64,000 nucleotides of DNA from Acidimicrobiia bacterium (GTDB taxonomy: Bacteria > Actinomycetota > Acidimicrobiia > Spongiisociales > ZC4RG35): NCBI GenBank assembly GCA_035281645.1, contig DATEDN010000079.1, forward strand, positions 9,407 to 73,406, in the 5' to 3' direction. A program made the translations under genes and the position numbers. The notes beneath the pieces were generated by a model. The model saw nothing but the letters and a program-made list of their open reading frames with translations, searched no databases and was not told the origin of the DNA. Below are positions 34,928 to 44,093 of the stretch, one piece after another (the first letter of the stretch is position 1; each line of letters starts with the position of its first letter).

Positions 34928-37371
34928 GCATGCGGGTGGTCGTAGTCGGCTCGGGGATCGTCGGCTCATCCGTGGCCTATCACCTCGCCCGCCTGGGCTG
35001 GACCGATGTAGTCGTAGTCGATCGCGGCGATCCGGTCGAGAATCCCGGTTCCACCTCACATGCCCCCGGCGGGGTGGTGGCGCTATCGCATAACAAGACC
35101 CTCACCCAACTCGCCGTCTACTCGAGCCGGCTCTACGCCACCCTCGAGCCCTTCTCTCCCGACCGCCAGATGGTCAACCGAGTCGGGATCCTCGACGTGG
35201 CGATCTCGCCCCGCCGGATGGCCGATCTGGTGCGGCTGCACGGAGAATCTCTCAGCTTCGAGACGGGGGCCAGGCTTCTCACCCCCACCGAAACGGCCGA
35301 CATCCATCCGCTGATCAACCCCAAGGCGATGGAGGGTTCCATCTTCATGGTCGAGGGCCAGACGGTGGCCCCTGCCCACGTCAGCGGGGCACTGCAGCGA
35401 GATGCGGGGGTCGACGTGGTCGGTCAGACAGAGGTGACGGAGATCGATGCTGCCGACGGCCGAGTTCGGGCGGTGATGACAAGCAATCCCGAGCAGGCGC
35501 GTATCGAATGCGATCACGTCGTCATCGCCACCAACATCTGGGCACCGCTCCTGGGCGACGGTCTCGGGGTACCAATCCCGCTGATGGGATACGAACATCA
35601 ATATCTCCGAACCGGACCCCTTCCTGAGTTGGATCGGTTCGATCCTTCCCAACCCGAGGACGAGATTGTCTATCCCTCGGTGCGAGAGCTCGACACCTAT
35701 ATCTACTTCCGCCAGCATTGGAACTCATTCGGAGTAGGTAGCTACCGCCACGCTCCCCGGCCGGTCCCCGCCCCACTGGTGGGGCCCAATGCCATCCATC
35801 CTTTTACGCCCGACGACTTTGAAGGCGAAGCTTGGGAGAAGGCGCGCCGGATTTTCCCGCTGCTGGCCAACACTGACTTCCGGACCTACCCACGGACGAT
35901 CAACGGAATCTTCGCCTTTCCCGTCGACGGCATGCCCATCGTCGGCCCCACCCCCATCGAGGGGGTGTGGGTAGCGGCGGGTTCTTGGCTCACCCACGCC
36001 GGGGGAGTCGGCAAGACGCTGGCCGAATGGATGACCTCCGGTGACACGGAATGGGATCCGCGTCTGATCGACGTCAATCGCTTCCATGGCTTTCAGACCA
36101 CGCGGCGCTTCATCGAAAAGGTCTGCGACAAGAACTACGCCGAGATTTACGACATCATTCACCCCCGGGAGCCGATCACCGAACCGCGCAATGTGAGGCT
36201 TTCCCCATTCGACGAGAGGCACCGGGCCCGAGGGGCGGTCTTCACGACCTTCGCCGGCTACGAACTCCCCAACTGGTTCCAGTCCAACTCCGGCCTCGTC
36301 GAAGAATTCGCCGACCAGATCCCGACGCGGAGCGGTTGGGCCGCCGAGCACTGGTCCCCGATCCAGGGAGCCGAGCACCTCGCCACTCGCAATTCCGTTG
36401 GCCTCCTCGACCTCACCGGACTTTCCATCATCGAAGTCTCCGGCCGCGACGCCTTGAGCGCCGTGCAGTGGCTTTGCTCCAACCAAATGGATGTGGCGCC
36501 CGGAAGAGTCGTGTACACCACGTGGCTTACCAAGGCGGGCGGAGTGCGCAGAGATCTGGCCGTAGCTCGCCTCGAGGCGGACCGGTTCTGGATGTTCGTC
36601 GGTGAAGGCACGAGACCGCGTGATCTCGACTGGGTGCTTCGCCACACTGAGGAATACGACGTCGCAGTTGCTGACATCTCCGATTCCTTCACCGCTCTCG
36701 GGTTATGGGGCCCCAATGCCCGGAAGGTGCTGGAGCGAGTTTCATCCACCTCTCTCGACTTCGGATATTTTCGGGCCCGGTGGATCGACCTCGACTACAC
36801 CCGGGCATTGGCGGTGCGGATTTCTTACGCCGGCGAGTTCGGGTGGGAATTGCACTTTCCCCCCGAGGCCGCCCTCCCGGTGTGGGATCGGCTGATCGAT
36901 GCCGGTGCAGGCGTTGGTTTGATTCCTTTCGGCTTCGGCGCCTTTGACTCCTTGCGGTTGGAAAAGGGTTATCGAGGCTGGGGAATCGACGTCCACACCG
37001 AATACAACCCTTATGAGGCGGGGCTGGGGTGGACGGTCCGACTGGACAAAGGCGATTTTCTTGGCGCCAGCGCCTGTCAGCGCCTCGTAGCCGAACCGCT
37101 CAAGAAGAAGCTGGCTTGTCTGACCTTCGACCAAGCCCAGGACGTAGTCCTGGGATACGAGCCGATCATGGCTGGCGACCAGTGCCTGGGTCACGTCACC
37201 AGTGCGAACTTTGGCTACTCGGTTGGAAAGTCCATCGCCTATGGCTATCTCCCCGCCGAGGCCGCGGTGGAAGGAACGAAGGTTGAGGTGATCTATTTCG
37301 GCGAGCGGATTTCGGCCACAGTTGCCCCCGATCCGCTCTTCGATCCCAAGATGACCCGAATGAAGGACTGA
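34924..37371 (+). CDS. dimethylglycine oxidase/dehydrogenase-like flavoenzyme, paralog 2
   Basis: 815 aa. VVVVGSGIVGSSVAYHL, GSTSHAPGG, ATNIWAP, YIYFRQH, and a C-terminal GcvT-type domain (SYAGEFGWELHFP, LRLEKGY). GTGA overlap with the amidohydrolase stop. Confidence 0.85.
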   Translation: MSMRVVVVGSGIVGSSVAYHLARLGWTDVVVVDRGDPVENPGSTSHAPGGVVALSHNKTLTQLAVYSSRLYATLEPFSPDRQMVNRVGILDVAISPRRMADLVRLHGESLSFETGARLLTPTETADIHPLINPKAMEGSIFMVEGQTVAPAHVSGALQRDAGVDVVGQTEVTEIDAADGRVRAVMTSNPEQARIECDHVVIATNIWAPLLGDGLGVPIPLMGYEHQYLRTGPLPELDRFDPSQPEDEIVYPSVRELDTYIYFRQHWNSFGVGSYRHAPRPVPAPLVGPNAIHPFTPDDFEGEAWEKARRIFPLLANTDFRTYPRTINGIFAFPVDGMPIVGPTPIEGVWVAAGSWLTHAGGVGKTLAEWMTSGDTEWDPRLIDVNRFHGFQTTRRFIEKVCDKNYAEIYDIIHPREPITEPRNVRLSPFDERHRARGAVFTTFAGYELPNWFQSNSGLVEEFADQIPTRSGWAAEHWSPIQGAEHLATRNSVGLLDLTGLSIIEVSGRDALSAVQWLCSNQMDVAPGRVVYTTWLTKAGGVRRDLAVARLEADRFWMFVGEGTRPRDLDWVLRHTEEYDVAVADISDSFTALGLWGPNARKVLERVSSTSLDFGYFRARWIDLDYTRALAVRISYAGEFGWELHFPPEAALPVWDRLIDAGAGVGLIPFGFGAFDSLRLEKGYRGWGIDVHTEYNPYEAGLGWTVRLDKGDFLGASACQRLVAEPLKKKLACLTFDQAQDVVLGYEPIMAGDQCLGHVTSANFGYSVGKSIAYGYLPAEAAVEGTKVEVIYFGERISATVAPDPLFDPKMTRMKD

Positions 37372-38900
37372 TGCCGCGGGAAGGAGCCAGGCGGGCCGAA
37401 CGTCGGGCTAGCCGCAGTGGTGGGGTCCGCCAACTGGCCTGGCGCTCACTTCGTAACCCCTATCACCCGATTGACGTCATCTCGACCGACCAAATCGAGG
37501 CCATCCACCAAACGTCATTGCGAATCCTGGCCGAAATCGGGATGGACTTTCTCCACCCCGAGGCACTATCGATTTTCTCCGAGGCGGGAGCGATGGTGGA
37601 AGCCGGCAGCAATCGGGTCCGCTTCGACCCCGACTGGGTTATCGACAAGGTGTCAACCGTGCCAGACACCTTCGCGCTACATGCCCGCAACCCCGAGCAC
37701 AACGTCACAGTCGGTGGAAACCACATCAATTTCGCCACCGTCGCCTCTCCCCCTAACGCTTCCGATGCGGATCGCGGACGACGCAGTGGCAACTTCGACG
37801 ACTTCCAAAACCTGATTCGGTTGGGGCAGAGCTTCAACATCATCCATCTCTTCGGTGGGTACCCGGTCGAGCCGGTCGATCTCCCCCCGAGTACGCGCCA
37901 TCTCGATTGCCTTTCCGCTGTCGTAACCCTGGGGGACAAGGCGTTTCACTCGTATGCATTGGGGCGGGAGCGGATGACAGACGCGATCGAGATCGCTCGC
38001 ATTGCCCGGGGGGTCAGCGCGGAACAGCTCCGTGGCGAGCCCTCGCTGTTCACTGTGGTCAACACTTCCTCACCGCTTCGTCTCGACGGGCCGATGATCG
38101 AGGGGCTGATCGAGATGGCGCGCATGGGTCAGGTGGTGATCGCCACTCCCTTCACCCTTTCGGGGGCGATGGCACCCGCCACCATCGCCGGGGCCCTGGC
38201 CCAGCAGAACGCAGAGGCACTGGCCACGATCGTGCTGATCCAGTGCGTCAATCCCGGTGCCCCGGCGATGTATGGGGGATTCACCTCCAACGTCGACATG
38301 CGCTCGGGCGCCCCCGCCTTCGGCACTCCGGAGTACACCAAAGCGGCGCTGGCGGGCGGCCAGCTCGCCCGTCGATACGGATTTCCCTATCGATCCTCGA
38401 ACGCCTGTGCCGCCAATGCGGTCGATTCCCAGGCCGCGTATGAGGCCGAGATGTCGACCTGGGGAGCGGTCATGGGGCACGCCAACTTGATCATGCATGG
38501 CGCCGGTTGGATGGAAGGGGGACTGACGGCCTCGTTCGAGAAGTTCATTATCGATGTGGAGATCCTGCAGATGATGAGTGAATTCCTGCAGCCGCTGACG
38601 GTGGACGAGGCCAGCCTGGCCCTCGACGCCATTGCCGAGGTGGGGCCCGGTGGACATTTCTTCGGCGCTGCCCACACTCTCGAGCGCTACGAAAGCGCCT
38701 TCTACTCTCCGATTGTCTCTGACTGGCGAAACTTCGAGAGTTGGGAACTGGCCGGGTCTCCCACCGCCGAGCAGCATGCCAACCGGGTTTGGAAAGAGGC
38801 TCTGGAAACCTTTTCCCCGCCTCCCCTCCCCGACGACCGGGCCGCCGAGCTCGCCGATTTCGTCGAACGGCGCCGGTCCGAGGGAGGCGTCAGCGCGTGA
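37371..38900 (+). CDS. MttB-superfamily protein, non-pyrrolysine, paralog 2
   Basis: 509 aa with no in-frame TAG. Long blocks are shared with paralog 1 (TPFTLSGAMAP, FTSNVDMRSGAPAFGTPE, EKFIIDVE). 1-nt TGATG overlap with the upstream oxidase. Confidence 0.85.
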   Translation: MPREGARRAERRASRSGGVRQLAWRSLRNPYHPIDVISTDQIEAIHQTSLRILAEIGMDFLHPEALSIFSEAGAMVEAGSNRVRFDPDWVIDKVSTVPDTFALHARNPEHNVTVGGNHINFATVASPPNASDADRGRRSGNFDDFQNLIRLGQSFNIIHLFGGYPVEPVDLPPSTRHLDCLSAVVTLGDKAFHSYALGRERMTDAIEIARIARGVSAEQLRGEPSLFTVVNTSSPLRLDGPMIEGLIEMARMGQVVIATPFTLSGAMAPATIAGALAQQNAEALATIVLIQCVNPGAPAMYGGFTSNVDMRSGAPAFGTPEYTKAALAGGQLARRYGFPYRSSNACAANAVDSQAAYEAEMSTWGAVMGHANLIMHGAGWMEGGLTASFEKFIIDVEILQMMSEFLQPLTVDEASLALDAIAEVGPGGHFFGAAHTLERYESAFYSPIVSDWRNFESWELAGSPTAEQHANRVWKEALETFSPPPLPDDRAAELADFVERRRSEGGVSA

Positions 38901-38924
38901 CTCACCGCCCCGGGTGCCTGCCGC

Positions 38925-39200
38925 TCAGGACTGCGAACGGCCGCCTCTCTCAGGCACCAGCGTCGAAGCTACTACTGATCCATCCGCATTAGGGGTGAAC
39001 GTGAGGGCCCAGTTCCCGTCGATAAAGGCGCTCGCTGCCGGGAAGAAGTACCAGGTGTCCTCGATCTCGTCGACGTTGCCCCCGATGCGAAATTTGACGG
39101 TGCCGGTGTCGGAGAGATCAACGCCGCCACCGCCGCCTCCGCAGGCCACGGTCAGCATCGAGAGCACCAGGAACAGCACAAACGCACGGCGATAGGTCAT
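38925..39200 (-). CDS. small predicted lipoprotein, unknown function
   Basis: 91 aa. Signal peptide with lipobox MTYRRAFVLFLVLSMLTVAC followed by a Gly run. Confidence 0.5.
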   Translation of the reverse strand: MTYRRAFVLFLVLSMLTVACGGGGGGVDLSDTGTVKFRIGGNVDEIEDTWYFFPAASAFIDGNWALTFTPNADGSVVASTLVPERGGRSQS

Positions 39201-39288
39201 AGACGGAAGCTATCGAAGGTCGGGCGTCGGTCGCACTAGGGAAACCCCTAGGTCATGAGAACGGCCTCTCGCCGCGTAGGCTCGCTCT

Positions 39289-40467
39289 GTGCGGGCGACT
39301 GATCTGCTGGCTCAGATAGAGACGATCGGCCGGGAGCCCACCACAGGCGGCTACCGACGATTTTCCTGGACCGCAGCCGACGCCGAACTACGGCAATGGT
39401 TCTCCTCCCAGGCCAAAACCAGGGGACTATCCCTCGAGGTCGACCGCAATGGCAATCTGTGGGCCTACCGGGGCGACCCGGTGCCCGGCGGGGTCGTGGC
39501 GGTCGGCAGTCATCTCGATTCGGTCCCTGACGGCGGCCAGTTCGACGGACCGCTGGGAATCGCTTCCGCCTTCGCAGCCCTCGATCTCATGGCCGGCCAG
39601 GGGGTCGATCCACCTAGTCCGCTGGCGGTCGTGGGCTTCGTCGAGGAAGAAGGAGCCCGCTTCGGGGTGGCCTGTCTCGGATCCCGGCTCGGCACCGGGT
39701 CGATCGAGCCCGAGAAGGCCGCGTTGCTCAGCGATGGCGAGGGTGTCACCTGGGCCGAAGCGATGGATCGGGCGGGGCTCGACGCAGGCTCGATCGGGGC
39801 AGACCAACCACGACTCGAGCAGTTGCGATGTTTTGTCGAGCTCCACATCGAGCAGGGTCGAGCCCTGGAACCGGCCGGGGCAGCTGTTGGTATAGGCACT
39901 GAGATTTGGCCGCACGGCCGCTGGCGATTCGTATTCGGGGGAGAGGCCAACCACGCCGGCACCACCGCCATGGACGATCGTCAGGATCCGATGCCCAGGC
40001 TGGCAGAAACCATTCTCCAGGTGACAGAGGACGCCCGCCGCCTAGGCGCCCGGGCAACTTTTGGACGGCTCCTGGTCGAACCGAACGGGGTCAATGCGAT
40101 CCCGTCGCTGGTGACCGGCTGGCTCGACGCTCGCGCTCCCAACCAGGCTTTGTTGGACCAGGTCGTCGGATCTCTTCATTCTCGCCCGGGAATCTCGGTC
40201 ACGACGCAATCTTCATCACCGGCTGTCCACTTCGACCCGGCGCTACGAGCGGGCGTAGAAGAGGTCCTTCCCTCTCTGCCTCCGATCCCGACTGCGGCAG
40301 GCCACGACGCCGGGATCCTGGCGGGGGCCGGGGTACCAACCACGATGCTCTTTGTTCGCAACCGCAGCGGGGTCTCCCATTCCCCTAAGGAACATGCCGA
40401 CCCGGGCGACATCGAGGCCGGCGTCGAGGCCCTTGCTCGGGTGATCGCTCATCTGGCTGGAAAATGA
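39289..40467 (+). CDS. M20-family Zn-dependent amidohydrolase (allantoate amidohydrolase / N-carbamoyl-amino-acid hydrolase family)
   Basis: 392 aa with a GTG start. GGYRRFSWT, VAVGSHLDSVPDGGQFDGPLG, and the HA/E motifs of AllC/HyuC-type hydrolases. Confidence 0.8.
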   Translation: MRATDLLAQIETIGREPTTGGYRRFSWTAADAELRQWFSSQAKTRGLSLEVDRNGNLWAYRGDPVPGGVVAVGSHLDSVPDGGQFDGPLGIASAFAALDLMAGQGVDPPSPLAVVGFVEEEGARFGVACLGSRLGTGSIEPEKAALLSDGEGVTWAEAMDRAGLDAGSIGADQPRLEQLRCFVELHIEQGRALEPAGAAVGIGTEIWPHGRWRFVFGGEANHAGTTAMDDRQDPMPRLAETILQVTEDARRLGARATFGRLLVEPNGVNAIPSLVTGWLDARAPNQALLDQVVGSLHSRPGISVTTQSSSPAVHFDPALRAGVEEVLPSLPPIPTAAGHDAGILAGAGVPTTMLFVRNRSGVSHSPKEHADPGDIEAGVEALARVIAHLAGK

Positions 40468-41729
40468 CGTCGTTCTGGTGCCAACAAGCATGGATCTCGG
40501 GCCAGGCCGTGCCGTCGGTGGCCATCGAAGCGAGCACCGACGGGAAGATCGCTGCCGTCGAGGTAGGAGTCGATCCGGGCAACCGCCATCGGTTGGACGG
40601 CTTGGTGTTCCCCGGGCTGGCCAACGCTCACTCCCACGCCTTTCACCGCGCTCTCCGGGGAAGAGCCTCGACCCAGAAGGACTTTTGGGCCTGGCGGGAG
40701 GCGATGTACAGGGTCGCCGACGGCCTCGACCCCGATTCCTACCTCGACTTGGGCACAAGGGTCTATCGGGAGATGGCCCTCGCCGGTTTCACCGCCGTCG
40801 GCGAGTTTCACTACCTCCACCACGGACCCGGCGGAGTGCCTTATTCGAATCCCAACGCCATGGGTGAAGCTCTTCGACATGCTGCGGCGAGGGCCGGGAT
40901 TCGACTGACCCTCCTCGATACGTGCTATCTGGCGGGAGGTATTGGAATCGAGCTTTCGCCCACCCAGCAACGTTTCGCCGACGGGTCGGTGGAGGCTTGG
41001 AGCCAGCGACGGCAACTGCTGACAGAAGACGCCAACACTCGGATCGGAGTCGCGATCCACTCGGTGAGAGCGGTCAAGCCTCCCGATCTGGCTCTAGTCG
41101 CGACGGAGGCAGAACGCCTTCCCCTCCACGTCCACATCTCCGAACAGGTGGCCGAGAACGAGGCGGCGCAGGCTGCCTACGGCCTTTCCCCCACCGAACT
41201 CCTGCAGCGGGCGGGGGCCTTGGGTCCACTCAGTACCGCAGTTCACGCCATTCATCTCAGCGCCCACGACCGCCAAATCCTGAGTGGATCGGGGACAACG
41301 GTTTGCGCCTGCCCCACCACCGAGGCCGATCTCGGCGACGGCATCGGTCCATTCTCGATTCTGGCTCGCTCCGGCGTACCCCTAGCCGTGGGTAGCGATC
41401 AGCACGTGCGAATCGACCCCTTCGAAGAAGTGCGGCGCCTCGAGATGGATCAACGTCTCGCGCTGGGAGATCGCGGCCATTTCAGTGCTTTCGACCTGGT
41501 AGAGATCTTGAGCGAGAACGGTTACCGATCGATTGGTTGGGATGAGGGCGGCAAAATCGCGCTCGGGGGCCTCTGTGACTTGGTGGCGGTCCGCACCGAC
41601 ACCATTCGGACCGCGGGCGCCGACTTGTCGTCACTGATTTGGTCAGCCGGGCCGGGAGACATATCGGAAGTAGTAGTGGGTGGGAGGACCATTGTCCGTG
41701 ATGGGATCCACCTGATCAACGGTGATTGA
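40464..41729 (+). CDS. hutF: formimidoylglutamate deiminase
   Basis: 421 aa. PGLANAHSHAFHRALRGR...DFWAWREAMY is characteristic of HutF. 4-nt overlap with the upstream M20 gene. Confidence 0.8.
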   Translation: MTSFWCQQAWISGQAVPSVAIEASTDGKIAAVEVGVDPGNRHRLDGLVFPGLANAHSHAFHRALRGRASTQKDFWAWREAMYRVADGLDPDSYLDLGTRVYREMALAGFTAVGEFHYLHHGPGGVPYSNPNAMGEALRHAAARAGIRLTLLDTCYLAGGIGIELSPTQQRFADGSVEAWSQRRQLLTEDANTRIGVAIHSVRAVKPPDLALVATEAERLPLHVHISEQVAENEAAQAAYGLSPTELLQRAGALGPLSTAVHAIHLSAHDRQILSGSGTTVCACPTTEADLGDGIGPFSILARSGVPLAVGSDQHVRIDPFEEVRRLEMDQRLALGDRGHFSAFDLVEILSENGYRSIGWDEGGKIALGGLCDLVAVRTDTIRTAGADLSSLIWSAGPGDISEVVVGGRTIVRDGIHLINGD

Positions 41730-42810
41730 CCACCACCTCCCGAGCGGTTTGAGACAGGGTGGCGGTCATCGATTCAAGGGGACCGCGGCCGACAAAGTGC
41801 CGCCAGAGCAGCCCGAAGACAATCGCCACCGAGCCGTGGATCAAGAAAAGGCTCATGCGGTCATCCCTCCCTGCTCCGGTGGCCAGGGCCGCCACATGGA
41901 AGGTGTAGATCGACAAGGTCATCGCTCCTGCCGCCGCGATCCAATGGACCAAGCCAGCAATCAAAAGACACGCACCGATCACCAGCAAAGATGTCCCGAG
42001 TGTGTGGGCCAGGTCGAAAGGAGTAGCGGAATGAGGCGTGGAAACCGCTAGATACCACCACGTGGTGGTCGGGGTGACGCCGAAGAACTGGATAGGCAGC
42101 TCATCGACGAACCTCGAACCTCCCAGCGGTCCGAGCAGCAACGCCGAGCCGGCTTTGGCCGCCACCGCCAAAGCCCCTCCCACGAAGAAGATTTTCAGGG
42201 CATTGGGCTTCATGTTGAGGCGGCCGAGGCCCATGCCCATCCACAAGTACGCCATCCACGAGAACAAGGGGTAGTAGCCGGTCAAGAAGATCTCACGGAA
42301 AAGCAGAACCGGCTGGGCGAGCATGTCGAAGTCGGGCACGCTCAGTCCCGGCTCTGGCAGTCGCATCCTGAGGAGATGACTGAGAACCGGCCCGGCCACG
42401 ACCCATAACGAGGCCATCCATAGGAGGGCCTTGGCCCTGAGCCCGAGAAAGACTGATGCGAGCAGGAAAAGGAATCCGTAGTTGACCAGGATCACCGCCA
42501 CCCCTGATTGGAGTTCGCCCAAGAACAGGCCGATCAGGCCGATCACTGCCGCCCTCACGACCAGGGCCGTGCCCGCAGCCCGCAACGCCTCCCCTTTGGG
42601 TGGCTCGGTCCGTCCGTAAGCCAGAGCCAGCCCCACCCCGGCCAGCACTGCGAATAGCGCTGAGGATCGGCCAGAAGCGATGAAGTAAGCCGTCGAGATG
42701 GTGTTGTCGGGATCGCGGGAGGGAAGGATGTGGACCGCCATCATCCCGATGAGAGCCAGGCCTCGAGCGGCGTCGACCCCGATCAAGCGTTGGGGGGCTT
42801 CAGAATTCAC
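41716..42810 (-). CDS. integral membrane protein, DUF1624/DUF418 (acyltransferase-like) family
   Basis: 364-aa poly-TM ORF. The N-terminus RLIGVDAARGLALIGMMAVHI is typical of the family. Confidence 0.6.
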   Translation of the reverse strand: MNSEAPQRLIGVDAARGLALIGMMAVHILPSRDPDNTISTAYFIASGRSSALFAVLAGVGLALAYGRTEPPKGEALRAAGTALVVRAAVIGLIGLFLGELQSGVAVILVNYGFLFLLASVFLGLRAKALLWMASLWVVAGPVLSHLLRMRLPEPGLSVPDFDMLAQPVLLFREIFLTGYYPLFSWMAYLWMGMGLGRLNMKPNALKIFFVGGALAVAAKAGSALLLGPLGGSRFVDELPIQFFGVTPTTTWWYLAVSTPHSATPFDLAHTLGTSLLVIGACLLIAGLVHWIAAAGAMTLSIYTFHVAALATGAGRDDRMSLFLIHGSVAIVFGLLWRHFVGRGPLESMTATLSQTAREVVVNHR

Positions 42811-42878
42811 AAGGTGGCGAAGCTAACGCCCGAACTGTCCAATACTTTTCGAATGCCCCCAATCTCGGGCTTGCGAGC

Positions 42879-44093
42879 TCAGCCGGCGATGATCTGGAGC
42901 TCGGTGCCGATTCGATCAGCCATTTCGGCACAGGTCTGCAGATCGGGATGGCGAACGACGACCATGCCGTCACCCACCAGCTGCTGCTTCCAGTTGCGTC
43001 GCAAGGCCCCGATGGGATTGAGTTCAACCGCCGCCACCCAAGGGTCGAGTTCCGCCAGGAGGCGATCCAGACCCTCATATCGGAGAATTCTGCCCTGGCC
43101 GATAGCCCGCTTGAAGACGGTGGCAGCGTTGAACTTACGCTCGACCGGCTGGGAAATGCTCCCGTGCACCGCCGCCTCCGCCCAGGACCTGAACAGATCG
43201 ATGTCGGACGCGAAGTTCATTGCATCGACCGTTCTCCCTCCCGGCGGCCTGGCTCCGATCTCCCCGAAGACCGCCTCGCCATCGGGCCTCAAATACCACT
43301 CCATGTGGGTGAATCCGTCCCTGAAGTTCATTGCTTTCAGGACTTGGTGGCCCATCTCCTTCCCTGCCGCCAAGTAGGGGACGTCAGGATCTCGGAGCGC
43401 GACGGTCTGTTGACTCACCCATTCGTGGGTTTTGCCGATCAATGGTCGCGGTCGGTACCAGCACATGTTGTAGAAGAGCACCCGACCCTCTGAGCAGATG
43501 GTGTCGAAGGTGAACTCTTCCCCATCGACAAACTCCTCCACACTCACCTCTTCGACATGGCGGAGTTTGGGGAGGATCTTCTCGAGTTGCGCCCGATCGT
43601 TGACGCGAAAGGTGTCGGCCGATCCGGCGCCGGCTATGGGCTTGACGATGGCCGGGTAACCAATTTGATCGATAGCCTTCCAAACGTCATCTATCGACTT
43701 GGCGGAGTAATGATGCGGCGTCCGGATGCCCGCCGCATCCAGCACTTGCTTCATCGCCTCCTTGTCGCGAAAGGGAACTGTTTCCACCTGGCTCATGCCG
43801 GGCACTCGCAACAGCTCTCGAATCTGGGCTGCGAGGATCATCAGCGGCTCCCATAGCGATTCGATTCGTTCGACTTTCACTCGCTCTCCGATGGCGGCAG
43901 CAGTCTCGAGCACCGATTCCGGTCGGGAAAAGCTCACCTGGTAATAGGCCGCCAGTGCCCGGCGGGCCTTCTCGGGGACGTTGTGCTCAGGTTGATCGCC
44001 GAGCCCGATGACATTGGCCCCGACCTCGGCCAGGCCGCGCACAAAGTCCGTCATTTCCGTGGGAAATCCCGGCGATAGAAACAAAACGTTCAT
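42879..44093 (-). CDS. ATP-grasp domain protein, paralog A1
   Basis: 404 aa. MNVLFLSPGFP N-terminus and ATP-grasp core (GYPAIVKPIAGAGSADTFRV, VSVEEFVDGEEFTFD, HMEWYLRPDGEAVFGEIGARPPG). ATGA overlap with paralog A2. Confidence 0.8.
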   Translation of the reverse strand: MNVLFLSPGFPTEMTDFVRGLAEVGANVIGLGDQPEHNVPEKARRALAAYYQVSFSRPESVLETAAAIGERVKVERIESLWEPLMILAAQIRELLRVPGMSQVETVPFRDKEAMKQVLDAAGIRTPHHYSAKSIDDVWKAIDQIGYPAIVKPIAGAGSADTFRVNDRAQLEKILPKLRHVEEVSVEEFVDGEEFTFDTICSEGRVLFYNMCWYRPRPLIGKTHEWVSQQTVALRDPDVPYLAAGKEMGHQVLKAMNFRDGFTHMEWYLRPDGEAVFGEIGARPPGGRTVDAMNFASDIDLFRSWAEAAVHGSISQPVERKFNAATVFKRAIGQGRILRYEGLDRLLAELDPWVAAVELNPIGALRRNWKQQLVGDGMVVVRHPDLQTCAEMADRIGTELQIIAG

